DNA of 63,985 bases, filler included, from Olpidium bornovanus S191 (GCA_017911155.1; 31 parts of 31 records of this genome joined end to end with filler, not necessarily neighbours in it); one strand, 5' to 3'. Positions 10,578 through 22,485 are shown, counted from the first letter of the whole stretch. The notes: generated by a model from the sequence alone, not told the origin. Made by a program: numbers and translations.

Positions 10578-11833
10578 TTAGCCTGTGCAGCTGAGAACAT
10601 CCGCTTCCACAGGTGGATCCACAAGCCCGCCGGCATCATACCACCGGCCGGCAACGGGGATATATGGCCTGCCGTTGCGGTCCCGTAGCGTCCACGGTAC
10701 CGTTTCCGAGGCGTCCTCGGGGCTCTCGTGGGCCTGGATGTGAAGGTGGGGCACAGGGCAAAACCCGACGTCGCCCGAATTTGCGATCCTGTCGCCGGCC
10801 TCCACGGCATCGCCGACTGCGAGCGGACAGGACCCACGGGCAATGTGGACGTACTCTACAAACAGGCCGTCGTCCTGCATGACCATGACGGAGTTGTACC
10901 TGAATAAATTCGACACGTGAATCCCCGACACGGTTTCGGTCTGTCGGACGGAGTGGATCCTTCCTCGTCCAAGGCTCAGAACGGGGGTGTTCACGGGGCA
11001 CTGAAAGTCCACGGCGTGATAGGTTCCAGGGTAGAAATGAGTAAATTTGCCGTTAAACCCTGGATACGGTGGCCATAAGAGACGGTTAACTTCGGGAAAG
11101 TTGTGACACTCGTTCGTTTTGCACACCAAATAATCTTTCGCCGGCAAAGGAAACCTTGGGAGCACAAGTACGGGCCGCGTCCCCCGAGGGGAAACGGGTA
11201 ACACCTTGAAGCGTCGACTTCGTCCGGCGATGTATGTGGTTTGACGGCCTTGACGTCAGACGTGATGTGCCACTGAGGAACTCGCGTTCGCCTCCCTTTC
11301 TTGGTTCGGGGGCTCCTGTCCTCAAGGTAGCACACGTCCGCGCACGTGCTGGGCTCGAGAACAAGCAAAAGGGTGACGGTGCGCTCCTTCCCGCCCGCGT
11401 CAGTGACCGTTTCCCCTCCACCGGGCACGAGCTCCCGACCGTCCTCGTCGACGGGCACCGTCGGGAACGTGAACGTGACAAAGAACGACTGCGTTGTCGT
11501 CGCGGACGTATTGATCACGGTGAACAGGTTTGTCTCTGGATCAATGGACATGTCCGGCACGCGGTCCGCGATGTTCGGGTCGTCAGGGCTCAGCCCGAAG
11601 TCCTCGGGGGAGAACGGCTCCTCGCCGATTATCCACTGGCGGCCTGCTAGGCCGGGCCCACCGGCCGCCTGCGACGCGCGCTCCTCCGCGCAAGGGTTGT
11701 GTACAAGTATGCCCGGCACACTCCTGGGGTCGTAATTCGCGCAGGCGGAGACCGCGGTCGCCGCCGCAAGCGCGGCTTTCTTGACGCCGCGCGTGCGTCG
11801 TTGGCCGTCGGCGGCGCCGGTCGGCGAGGACAT
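10578..11833 (-). CDS. M23-family zinc metallopeptidase (LytM/lysostaphin-like); exons 11833-11155 and 11059-10578
   Basis: YPFPLGG...CSQG|FNGKFTH...YHAVDF (HxxD)...N.V.V..DDG...YVHI...SGDVG..PVPHLHI (HxH); 95-nt GT-AG intron with matching phase. Confidence 0.88.
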
Positions 11834-11949
11834 CTTCGGCGGCTGGCCGACGTTTTTCTCGGGCCCCGCCGGGAGGCGGCAGGCCGGGAAAATCCAAAAC
11901 CAAAACCAAAACCTAAAACCAAAAAAAAAAAAAAAAAAAAAAAAAACTT

Positions 11950-14091
11950 TACATTCTCCATTGGAACCTACGACCCGGGCGTTCCTGGACTGGTGCCCAG
12001 CTACAGGCCGCCGGCAGGAGCAGAGGACGGGGAGGAGGATAAGCGACGGACGCCGACCACCTGCCGGAAGAGCGCGATTCCACCTGCCACCGCGGCACGC
12101 GAGTTGGACGCGCTGGAGGAGCGGCGGTGGACGACGAGGAAATACACGGTGGAGTCGCCATGGGACGAGGAGCCGCCGGAGGAAGAGGGCCGCGAGAACG
12201 ACGTTGATGGAGGCAGAAAGCGTCGGCTTGCAGCGTCGGGCGACCCCGGCGGCGGCAGCGAAAGCATCAAGGCAGCGCGAGACCGTGTCGTGATCCACGT
12301 GGATTTTGACTGCTTCTACGGTATCTCGTCGGCTTCCCAGATCTCGGGAGCGCGGAAGCCCCTGCCTAATCTGCTGGCCGTATCCGTCGCGCTTCAGCCC
12401 AGGTCGAGCTTCGCAACCGGCCAGAGCTGAAGGACGTTCCGTTTGGGGTACGCCAGAAGCAGTGCCTTGTCACCGCCAACTATGTTGCTAGGCGGCGCTT
12501 TGGCGTCGAGAAGATGGGAAAAGTGGCCGACGCCCTCAGGGTCTGCCCGGAACTTGTTGTCGTTAACGGGGAAGACCTCACGCCTTACCGCCGAGCTAAT
12601 CGGGAGGTTCATGCTGTCTTGCGCGACAGCCTCTCCACCCTCCCTCCCGCACTTGCGGTACCCATCGAGCGACTCGGCCTGGACGAGTTTTATCTCGATG
12701 TATCGGCGGTGGCGGACGCCCTCGTATCCCGATCAGATGCTCCCTGCACCACCGTCGAGCATTCTAGCGCTGCTGCTGGCAGCTCCTGTGCTCGATCGTG
12801 GAACGCCGTCTTCATGGAGAAGTACCTCTTCGGGCTATTGGACTACATCAACTTGGACGATCTCTCGGATCCCGGAGATGCGTGCCGGTCTACCCACTTC
12901 TACCCGCCGCAGCCCGCCGAGCGCCGGGAAGTGGACGCCTTTTTTGCCGGCGCGTTGCTCGCCCTGTGGTTCCGCCGCGAGATCAAGCGGGCTTTAGGGT
13001 TCACGTGCTCCGCCGGTGTGGCCAGCACGAAGCTGGCGGCGAAACTCGCCAGCGGGTTCCACAAGCCGGATGACCAGTCGGCCTTCGTCGAGCCCGCCGC
13101 CCTCGGCCAATTCCTGGAGGGGTTGCCGGCGCGCAAGCTAAGGGGACTGGGGCACCGCACCCTGGACACCGTGCTGAACCACCTTCGTGTACAGAGCGGC
13201 GTCGAACTCGGGCACGACGTCACGACGGGCGACCTGCGCAAGCACGCCGGCCTCCAGACGTGGACTCTCCTCTTTGGCGAGCGGCGCGGCAACGTCCTCT
13301 ACGACCTCACCCGCGGGCGCGACGCGTCGCCGGTGACGAACAGCGGGAGCGCCCGGCAGCACTCGATCGAAGACTCGTTCCCCGCCGAAAGCCGCTGCGC
13401 GTCGTGGCCGGACGTGGAGACGTCGCTGACGGATCTCGTCGCGCGGCTGATCGCGCGCCTGGAGGAGGAGGAGTACGACGCGCTCTCCGGCCGGTGGGTC
13501 CGCCGCGCGCGGACCCTCCGGCTGTCCTTCTGCCTCCGCCGGACCCCGCCCGCGGAGAGCGGCTGGCGCCGCGCGTCGAAGTCCGTGCCGATGCCTCCGC
13601 GCCTGTACGACGCCTCCGAACCCCGGAGAGACCGCGCCCAGGCCGTCGCGACCGGCACGCTCGTGCCGCTCATGCGCGGCTGGCTGCCGCCGACCTTCGA
13701 CCTCACCGTCCTGAACGTCGCCGCCGTGGGGTTCCCGGACGACCCCGCCCCCGCCGCGGCGAGCGCCAGGGACATCTCGTCGTTCATGATCAGAGGGAAA
13801 AGGACGGCCGCGGGACACGCCGATGCCGCCGAGGCGAAGAAGCCTCGTCCGGCCGGAAGAGACCCGCCGCCTGATGCAGGGCGAGGAGACGTTTCTGGGC
13901 CGTCCTCGCCCCCCGCAGGCGTCAGACAGGAAGCCCCGGGGCCGCCGGAGGGCGGGGCCCTCGAAGCCGACCGCGGCGGAACCTTCACGTGCGCCGCCTG
14001 CGGCGCCACGCTGCCCGACTTCTGTTCGCTCCCGCACCGGCTTTTTCATTCCAAAGACGGCGCGGCGGACCCGAGTTCTCCGCACGTTTGA
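11950..14091 (+). CDS. POLI: Y-family DNA polymerase, Pol iota-like (start codon unresolved; intron 12321-12397)
   Basis: RVVIHVDFDCFY|AQVELRNRPELKDVPFGVRQK...NYVARR...CPELVVVNGEDLTPYR, catalytic LGLDEFYLD, KLAAKLASGFHKPDDQ, C-terminal CxxC-x11-H-x3-H; branch-site-like CTAAT in the intron. Confidence 0.9.
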
Positions 14092-14143
14092 AGTCCTTCT
14101 CGCGGTGTAATCCGCCCTCATTTTTGCTCCCCCGTCCTTCCTT

Positions 14144-14174
<31 letters not shown>

Positions 14175-14221
14175 CCCCCCCCCCCTTTTTCCCCCCCCCC
14201 TTTTTTTTCCCCCCCCCCCTT

Positions 14222-14255
<34 letters not shown>

Positions 14256-15898
14256 CCCCGACCGACCTTTACCGTTCCGCCGTTCTGATCCGAACTGCGA
14301 GGCGGAGAGGAAACGGAAGCACGCGCCACTAATCATATCGCACCGGGAAATTATGACCATGCGCCGGCACTAAACCGAGGAAATGCGCCGGGGGTGGAAG
14401 GTGGTGGGGGGGGGCGGGAAAGACCTGAGACGCACTGCTTTCGCATTCAAAGCATCTGAACGCGCGAGAGTATACGCACGACGAGCGGCAACCCAGAGCT
14501 GCCACGGAGGTGCGCTCGAACCGGGCGCCGGACAACCTGCGGCAGGCGGCGAACGCGCCGAGTGGAACACCCGGCGGGGCCGTTCGGGGCGCGCGCCCGC
14601 GAAGCCCCTTCCTCACCGCGCGGGACCTGGGTTCGAACAGGGCTGCAATCCCGCAGTTTCGGCCCCCCCCCCCTCTCTTTTCCTGTCCAATCATCTTCCC
14701 TCCCTCGCGTGACGCCCGAAGACGACCCGCTCGTTCGCGGCGGGTTTTCCTTAAAGCTCATAAAATCCCTTCCCCCCCCCCCCTTTCCTCCCTTCCTCCT
14801 CTCCGGAGCTTTGCAAGATCCTCGTCCGAGTCGGGCGGNNNNNNNNNNNNNNNNNNNNNNNNNNNNNNNNNNNNNNNNNNNNTTAATTAATTAANNNNNN
14901 NNNNNNNNNNNNNNNNNNNNNNNNNNNNNNNNNNNNNNGAAGGAAGGGGGGGAGGGGGGAAGGGGGGGAGGGGGGGAGAGGGGGGGAGATCGACAGAAAG
15001 AAACGACGGAATAAAAAACCATAAAGAAAAAAAGGAGGGGTATATACACTTCGGCTACCGCGGAATGAATGAAAAAGTGTGTGTGTCGTGCTGAAATCCG
15101 CCCAACCCCGCGAGGAGTGGCGCCGCGCGTTCCGTCCTCCTCCTCGACGCGACAGTTGGGGCCGCCGGCTGGGTTGATTTCGGCGGCTAACCCGGGTTTT
15201 CTTGTCAGTCGTTGCGCGCGCGCGCTAGCCAACCTCGTCCCGCTTGCTGCTTGCTAGGCAGGGCTGCTCGGCAGACGTTTCCTGAGGCGCGCGGGCGAGA
15301 CGGCGAGAGGGCCAGACACCGTGCGGGCCGTCCGGCGATATCGGGGGGTAAAGGTGGGGGGGGTCGAAGGAGTAATTAAGGCAGCTAAAGCGTAAACGGT
15401 CGAGTAAATATGAAAACAAAAAGGGAAACGCACAAAAAGTAACGAGGCAGATACAACGTTGAAAAAATTAGTGGTAGCGGCGGAGGGAGGGGAGGTGGAG
15501 AGGGGATAAATTGGTGCTTCGGCAAGGAGGGACTCAAAACAATGTACAGGAAAGGAGAAAAAACTGGATTAGGGGAGACGATGGCGAAGAAAAACAGTGA
15601 ATAAACAACGTTAAAGCCAAAAAAAAAAAAGGAAAGAAGGGAAGGGGAAGGGGGGAGAAATGCGGAGATGATCTCTCACATCGAAGGGCGCGAAAAAAAA
15701 AATCCCCGACTAAAAAAGAATGACAAGGGAACAACGTCGCCTGCATCCCGAACGCGAAGAAAACCGAGGTCTGAAGCGTCGACGCCTGGGGGAGGGGGAG
15801 AAGAGGTGGAAGGGGGGGGAAGAAGAAGAATTGTTGGGTAAAACAGCCGACTTATGAGCTCTTGGGATTGGGGCGGAAGGGGGGGGGTGTGATGCCTG

Positions 15899-17021
15899 TC
15901 ACATGATGGCACACGTGTCATCCAAGTCGTGAATGCGGTTTGAATCGCCGTGGAGGATGTAGTCTCCGCCAGGGTTCCCCGGGTGGGAAGCGAGCGGCAC
16001 GCTCGCCGCGGCCGCCGGTGCGCCGGCGCGGTGGTGCAGGTTGTTGCGGTGCGCGGCCTTGGGCACCCCCGGCGGAGACGACGACGTCGACCGCGTCGTC
16101 TCCCCGTCGTCGAAGGTCCTGAACCTCTTCGCGTGCGGCGGGCAGCCGTCTTCGGCCGCGTCCCTCTTTCTTGAGGCCGCCGTCGACGCCGCGTCCGCCG
16201 ACGGGTGCGCAAGCTCCGTGTACGCCGGGGGCAGGGCCCTCGTGACCGCCGCCCGGAGGTCCGAAACGGCCTCCAAAACGTCCGAAAACGTGCCGCACTC
16301 CCGCCCCGCGTAGACGCCCGGAGGAGGAAACTTGCGATACGTTTCGTTCCACATGAGCTGCAGGAGCAGCGGGGAAACCCCGCGCCGACTGGCCAGCTTC
16401 TCCAGCAGATACGCGACGTCCAACATCGAGTCCATGCACACGTCGGCGTTCTTCATCGGGTGATCCTTAATCCTGAAAAACTGGTCGTAACCGGGAACCT
16501 CTAGAATCGTCACGTCGATGTTCAGGAGATCCTTCAGATTTTTCACCTGGCGTGGGCAAAGCGGTGTTTGGAGAATAAAACCCACGGGGTCAAGCTTCTT
16601 TTGCAGACACACGCTTCCGACCTATCCCGAGCCGCCTTACCAGGTCTTCCTCTAACGAGAGCGTACACGCGTAGCGTCGCTCGTAAACCTTGTTCAGATC
16701 CCCCGCTGTCCAGTACACCTTTTCCTTCAGGATCTTGACGACGTGGTCACGAAGAAAATCAAAGTTGTCCTCTCGAGTCGGGCCCGGCTTGTGCAGCGGT
16801 GTCGACGACGCCGGCTCGACGCTGCTATTGGTGCCCATGTGCTGCACGGGGATGCTGCGGTTGCGCGCGGCGGCGGATGCGTCGCCGTTCGCTGAGGCGC
16901 AGTCCAGGTCGCGCACCACGCTCGCGTCGGACTGCTGGCATGACTCCTGCTGCGGCTGGGACTGTTTCGAACACAGTGGCGAGGGCGCCGCCGCGGGCGC
17001 CGCGGCCGCCCTCTCGAACAT
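15899..17021 (-). CDS. Probable tandem LOTUS/OST-HTH domain protein; exons 17021-16641 and 16546-15899 (5' end may be incomplete)
   Basis: The phase-0 intron (GTAAGG...CAG) is clear. Two segments fit the LOTUS pattern: KILKEKVYWTAGDLNKVYERRYACTL...LKDLLNIDV and GVSPLLLQLMWNETYRKFPPPGVYAG...TFSDVLEAVSDL. The domain call is pattern-based. Confidence 0.5.
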
Positions 17022-17178
17022 TACCGCCGGGTCACACAACTGCTGCGACGAGTGAGCCANNNNNNNNNNNNNNNNNNNNNNNNNNNNNNNNNNNNNNNNN
17101 NNNTTAATTAATTAANNNNNNNNNNNNNNNNNNNNNNNNNNNNNNNNNNNNNNNNNNNNACGACGTCGAAAGAAAGGG

Positions 17179-17220
<42 letters not shown>

Positions 17221-18457
17221 GAAGCTATTTTCCCGTCCCCGCGAATCCAGAAAAGGTGCGACAAATTGCGGAAGGGTGCGGGGAGGTGCGGAAAAGTGCG
17301 GACGGTGCAGGAAGATGCCGGACCGTGGGGCCCGAACCCGTGGGGACGACCAATGGCCACCGCGGCAAGCTGGCCGTCCCTCCTTCCTTCCTACCTTTCC
17401 ATCCTTGCTCGCGGCAGGCGGCGGCAAAGTCCCTCTTCAACCTCGATCGCGGGGTGGTGTGGGGACGGTCCTGCGGGAATCAGCGCCCCCACCGTACCGG
17501 CGCCTACCCTGCCAATTCCCCCCTCCCCCCAGTACGAGTTTGGTGTGTGCGGGAGTGCGCGTGTGTGGCGTGTTGCCGTGTCGCAAGTCCCTCACCGGGT
17601 TCCTCGTGGAAAATAGAAACGGAAACCTCCCTCACACACACATACACCGTCCCCCACCGCTTAAACAAAAAAAAAAAAAAAAAGAAAAAGGCTTGCGCGC
17701 CACGATGCAAACAACCGCAATTTCGAAAGAGAGCACGCCGCAGTTTCACGATGTTTCAAGAAATATTTCGCCAAAAAGTGAAAGAAGAAAAACCTGGGTC
17801 CGGTTTTGAAAGAGAGAGATAACATCGAATGCCTTAAAAACGGGAGACGGCGGAGAGGGACGGTAGAAGAATAGGGGGGGGGGAGGAATATAACGCCAAA
17901 GTCACTAAAAACGAAAAAGTCACTGAGGTCGGCAAAAAAAAAAGAAACGGAGTGGTGGCGGGGGAATAGAAAAAGAAAGAGAGAGACAGAGAGAGAGAGA
18001 GAGGCCAAGATAATTAAAAAAGTTTGCGGAAACGGAGGGCAGCATGGTTTTGTTTCCAACTTCAGGGGGGTTGCGCAAGCGGAGACGCGAGAGGGGGGCG
18101 AAAATTCCAAGCGAAATCGGGAAAAAAAAATCGTCGGAAGTGTGGGGTCGAAGGGGAGAGGAACAATGGGGGCGTTTGCGGTATGGGTCGTAATTACTAT
18201 GTACATTATTCGGGGATTTGGGGAGGTCAGTTCGCGTTTGGAAGGGGCGCGCTTCGCACGTTTTACCCGCGTCCGAGTTCGGGCGGCAAAACAAAAATGC
18301 GGCAAAAAGTAATACCGTCCGCCCGTCCTTCTTGTCCCTCGCCCTCGCGCTCACATGNNNNNNNNNNNNNNNNNNNNNNNNNNNNNNNNNNNNNNNNNNN
18401 NTTAATTAATTAANNNNNNNNNNNNNNNNNNNNNNNNNNNNNNNNNNNNNNNNNNNN

Positions 18458-19372
18458 GGAGCGTACAGGAAGGAGCCCATCGCGTACTCGTCGTCGTTGT
18501 TCGCGACACTGACCCACGGCAAAAGTTGAATGTCGTCTTCGCCAAAGCCGTACTGCGATTGACCCGTGAGGTCCATGAAGCAGTTGTAATACCTGCGAGA
18601 CACGGGGAATCAAAATTTCGTTTTTCCGCGGAAACGGGGGTCAGAATGAAGGAGCGCAGGGTATGCAAAAATATAAAAGAGGGCAAAATAAAAAAAGGAA
18701 CGGCAAGAGAGGCGCGGAGGAAGGGGGAGGGGGGGGGGAGGGGAAGGAGGGCGGGGAGGGGATGACGATCCGAGGCGCCGCTTACCCTCTCGGACACTTG
18801 CAATCTCCAAGGTTGATCAGCTTCCCGTTCAGGAGGCGCCCGGTGCCCTCCATGCTGACTTTGTCGGCGAAATCTTTGCTCGCCGAGCCGAGGTACTTGC
18901 CGTCGCAGGTTCGCAGGGCGACTTTGCCGACGTCGTCCTTGGTCTGGATCGCGATCCAGTAGTACGTGAGCTTCACGTTGGTGAGGCCGGACGACTTGTT
19001 CTTCTGGCGGCGGCGCCGGGCCTTCCTGCCGGGGCCGCGCTTCTCGGGAGCCGGGTGGGGCTTCCAGATGTCGTCGCCGTTGCCCGAGGTCCACTCGGGC
19101 GTCCAGCGCTCGGCGGGGTGCTGTTCCCCCGCGCCGCCAGAGACCGCGCCGCGCAGCGAACGCTTGAAGTCTTCCAGCTCCCGGCGGAGGCCTTCGGGGA
19201 GCGCCGCGTCCTTGAAGACCTCCAAGTGTGCGCGCATTTCGGCGGGCCGCAGGTTGTGGCCCAGCGACTTGATGTAGTCGAGCTTCTGCGCCAGGTTGCG
19301 CCCGGCATCGGCGGCGCCGATCAGCGCGGCGCCCAGCGCCAGCAGTGCGAAAGGACGGAGGGTTGTGCGCAT
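18458..19372 (-). CDS. Secreted 3D (Asp-Asp-Asp, MltA-like) domain protein, 3' partial; intron 18785-18593
   Basis: Signal peptide MRTTLRPFALLALGAALIGAADA; KLTYYW...TCDGK...FADKVSMEGTGRL..G..INLGDCKC|YYNCF...YGFG...LLPWVSVANND. Confidence 0.75.
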
Positions 19373-19611
19373 TCTTTTCTTGTTCTTTCTTTTTGGAGTG
19401 GGGGGAGAGAGAGGGCCGGCCTGCGAAAAAAGCGGTGAAAGCGGAGGTTGAGAGGAAGCGCCCCGGGCGTCGAAGAGTTGTCTGCGAGATCGGAATTCGG
19501 TTCGAGTTCGACGGTGAGGCGGCGACGAACGGGGAGGGGTCTGCCCGCTTATAAGCGCCCGAGGTCGGCGCGCGAAAGGCCGGGTATGTTTCCCCCCTTT
19601 CTTCTGCGGGA

Positions 19612-19657
<46 letters not shown>

Positions 19658-21530
19658 CCGCCCCTGGAAAGGGGCGCCATCCCGTCCTCTAAGCCCCCCC
19701 TGGCGGAGGATCGCGGGGAGTTAAGGGGATGGAGGGAGAGAAAGGGGTGGAGGTGGGGGCGGGCGGGAGACGTTGCGAGCGAGAAAGGGGCAAAACATCT
19801 GAGGGTGCGGGTGAGAGAGAGGGAGAGCTGAGTCGGAGAGTGAGGAGAAGGGGAGGATGAGTCGCGAAAAGGGGGCGAAAGAGCGCGGATCAGGGGTGTT
19901 AGAGGGAGGGGGGAGGGCGGGGCGACGGTCCCCCCCCCCCCCCCCCCCTTTCCCCCCCCCTTTCCCCCCCCCCCCCTTGGCCCCCCCCCCCGATTCCGGC
20001 CCCCAACCCTTCCTTAGCCCCTGGGCGCCCTCCTCCTCCTCCCCACTCCCCGCCCCNNNNNNNNNNNNNNNNNNNNNNNNNNNNNNNNNNNNNNNNNNNN
20101 TTAATTAATTAANNNNNNNNNNNNNNNNNNNNNNNNNNNNNNNNNNNNNNNNNNNNACGCGCTCAAGCCCCTCGGCGGCGGACGGTCGCCAATAACGCTC
20201 CGCCGTGCGCGAGCTGGATCGCGCCGCCCTATTCCCGACCCCGCTTTCCTTTGAAAAAGAACCGCGCCTATCTCATGCCGGCTCCGACCGGCCCCGCTCG
20301 GATGGGGGGGGGGGGCGTACACGGACGACGGTCCGACGCGGAAGGAAATCACGAAGACAACTTGCCGACCCTGTGTCGGCCATTCCCTTCTGCCGGCAAA
20401 AACAGAAAACAGCCGAGCCGCAACACCGGGGAGCCCCGACCCCCCGACAATCTGTTTCTGTACCCCCCACCCCTCCCCGTCTTGGCGCTTTCGTCCCCCT
20501 CTTTTTTTTTCCGGAGTCCTTTCTTCCTCGAAACAAAAAAAGGGTCTTTTTTATCGTTTGGCCATTCATTTTCCCCTTTAAGAGGTCGAAACACCCCCCC
20601 CCCTCCCCCGCCCAATGTTATTTTACACCTGCCCCCTCAAGTTCCGCCCAAATGTTGCGGTTATTTCGCCCTGCACGCTAAGCCTGTCCTCTGTAGATGC
20701 CGGTTGCGCCTCCGCACCCTCGGCCGGCCCAGAGTAAAATTAGGGACAGGACCGGGCTCGGAACGCGCCGAAACCCTCCACCGGCGCTTAAAACAATACA
20801 CAATTTTTTTGTTAGGAATTCTCCGTCGGGGGGGTGTGGGAAAAAAGTTTTTTGGTTTTTTGGTTTTTTGGTTTTTTTTTTTTTTTTTTTTTTGCCCAAA
20901 CGCCGAGGCGTTCGTGAAGGAAATACGAAACTGCGGTTTTTTTTGTTTTTTTTTTTTAGGAAAGGATTGATCACATTGTGACGTCCGGAGCCGGACGGCG
21001 TGGGGGGTGGGGAGGGGGCATCTGTTAAAGCAAGGGGGGCGGGGCCAGTGGTGCCCGCCGAATCCTCCGTTCACCCCCTTTCCTCCCCCTGTTAACTCGC
21101 AACGCCTAAAGGTATAAATTAGGCCTGTATTCCGTAGAGATTCTACAACTGGACGAACGGTTCCGAACAAAGAGTTCCCGGTCCCTCTTAAGCACCCCTC
21201 CTCGTCTTCGCACCTTTCGTCCTTCTTCGGCCACTGCCGTGCTTCCGCATCTTGCGACTCCAAAATTTTTCTTCTGCCCCCAACCCCCCCCCCCCCCCCT
21301 TCCCCCCCACCCCCCCCCCAACATTCCCCTTTCCGGCAGGGCGTCATGGCGGGGGACGTGCAGCAGGAGAACTTAGAGATTGAGCTGGATCTGGCGTCGA
21401 CGTCGTCGACGGCGACGGCGACGGAGGTGNNNNNNNNNNNNNNNNNNNNNNNNNNNNNNNNNNNNNNNNNNNNTTAATTAATTAANNNNNNNNNNNNNNN
21501 NNNNNNNNNNNNNNNNNNNNNNNNNNNNNC

Positions 21531-21773
21531 CAAGAGCGGCCGACGCCGCAGGAGCTGCAGGCAAACCCGAAGCTCAGCATCGTCTTCAATGAGCTGGTGC
21601 AGATCCTCCCCACGTTCCGCCACACGGAGTACAACCGCAAGCCCGACATGGACGTGACCTTCCGGCGCCTCACGCCCAAGCTGAAGACCGAGATCCGGGA
21701 CGAGCTCAACGCGTATAAGAAGAACGAGATGCCCGTCCACGAGCAGTCGCTCCGGAACACCAACTTCCACTAG
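21531..21773 (+). CDS. C-terminus of a PP1-binding Phactr/Bni4/Afr1-like protein (5' partial)
   Basis: KLSIVFNELVQILPTF..TEYNRK...RRLTPKLKTEIRDELNAYKKNEMPVHEQSLRNTNFH*, matching the Phactr terminus pattern IRKELNEYKxNEMEVH...RFH. Confidence 0.8.
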   Translation, partial: QERPTPQELQANPKLSIVFNELVQILPTFRHTEYNRKPDMDVTFRRLTPKLKTEIRDELNAYKKNEMPVHEQSLRNTNFH

Positions 21774-21966
21774 AAAAAGGGGGAGAGTGGGCGGTGGTGG
21801 TGGCGAAGGGTGGGGCGTGGGCCAACCGGGGTGTGCCAATAGAGGAGGTGGTCTCCTATTGGACGGGCGGGGGGGGGGGGGGGGGGGCGGGGGGGGGGGG
21901 GGGGGGGGGGGGGGGGGTGGGGGGGGGGGGGGCGCGGGGGGGGGGAGGGGGGGGGGGGGGGGCGGG

Positions 21967-21998
<32 letters not shown>

Positions 21999-22288
21999 GA
22001 GAGAGGGAGGGAGGGGGAGAGGTTAGCTCGAGCGGCGCGTGCCGGGCCGGAGGAAGACGCCGGGTGCGGGGAAGGAGGGGGCAAAAACCTCTCTTACGAC
22101 AATTTTTTTTTTTTTTTTTTTTTTTTTTCCCTGGCTTTTCCGAGCAGCACCGGCACACCCGGCGCCTCGGGGGCGGTGGAGGTTTTCGCGTGTGGGACAA
22201 AAAATAAAAAAATAAAAACTACAAATAAAAAAAGGAGAGAAAAATATCCGCAACAACGCGGCGAACGTCACGAGAACAATAAAAAAAA

Positions 22289-22485
22289 ATGTCCACTCGT
22301 CGGCGCCCGCTCGCGCGGTCGGCGCGCTTCCTCTTCCGCGCCCGCCCTTTGCTGCTGCTGACGCTGCTGCTGCTTCTGTGTGCCGCGTGCTGCCGCGGCG
22401 GCGCCGCCAAGAAGCACGGCGCGGTGAGGCAGCTCACCGACGCCGACCAGGACCTGTTGCAAAAGGGCGAGTGGCTGGTGAAGTT
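22289..22485 (+). CDS. First exon of a signal-peptide thioredoxin-domain (TMX/PDI-like) protein, 3' partial
   Basis: Hydrophobic leader, then VRQLTDADQDLLQKGEWLVK(F) ending at a GTAGGT donor, just before where YAPWC would be expected. The next exon was not found. Confidence 0.55.

Noticed and set aside
13138-14121. Long antisense and alternative-frame ORFs over POLI (likewise over TMEM185, the HMG gene and the transporter)
   Set aside because: Shadow ORFs caused by high GC3.
10578-19372. M23 peptidase and 3D protein as a gene cluster, or as bacterial contamination
   Set aside because: They are on different contigs, so no cluster can be claimed. Both have phase-consistent spliceosomal introns, and the M23 shares a contig with a spliced eukaryotic polymerase, which argues against contamination.
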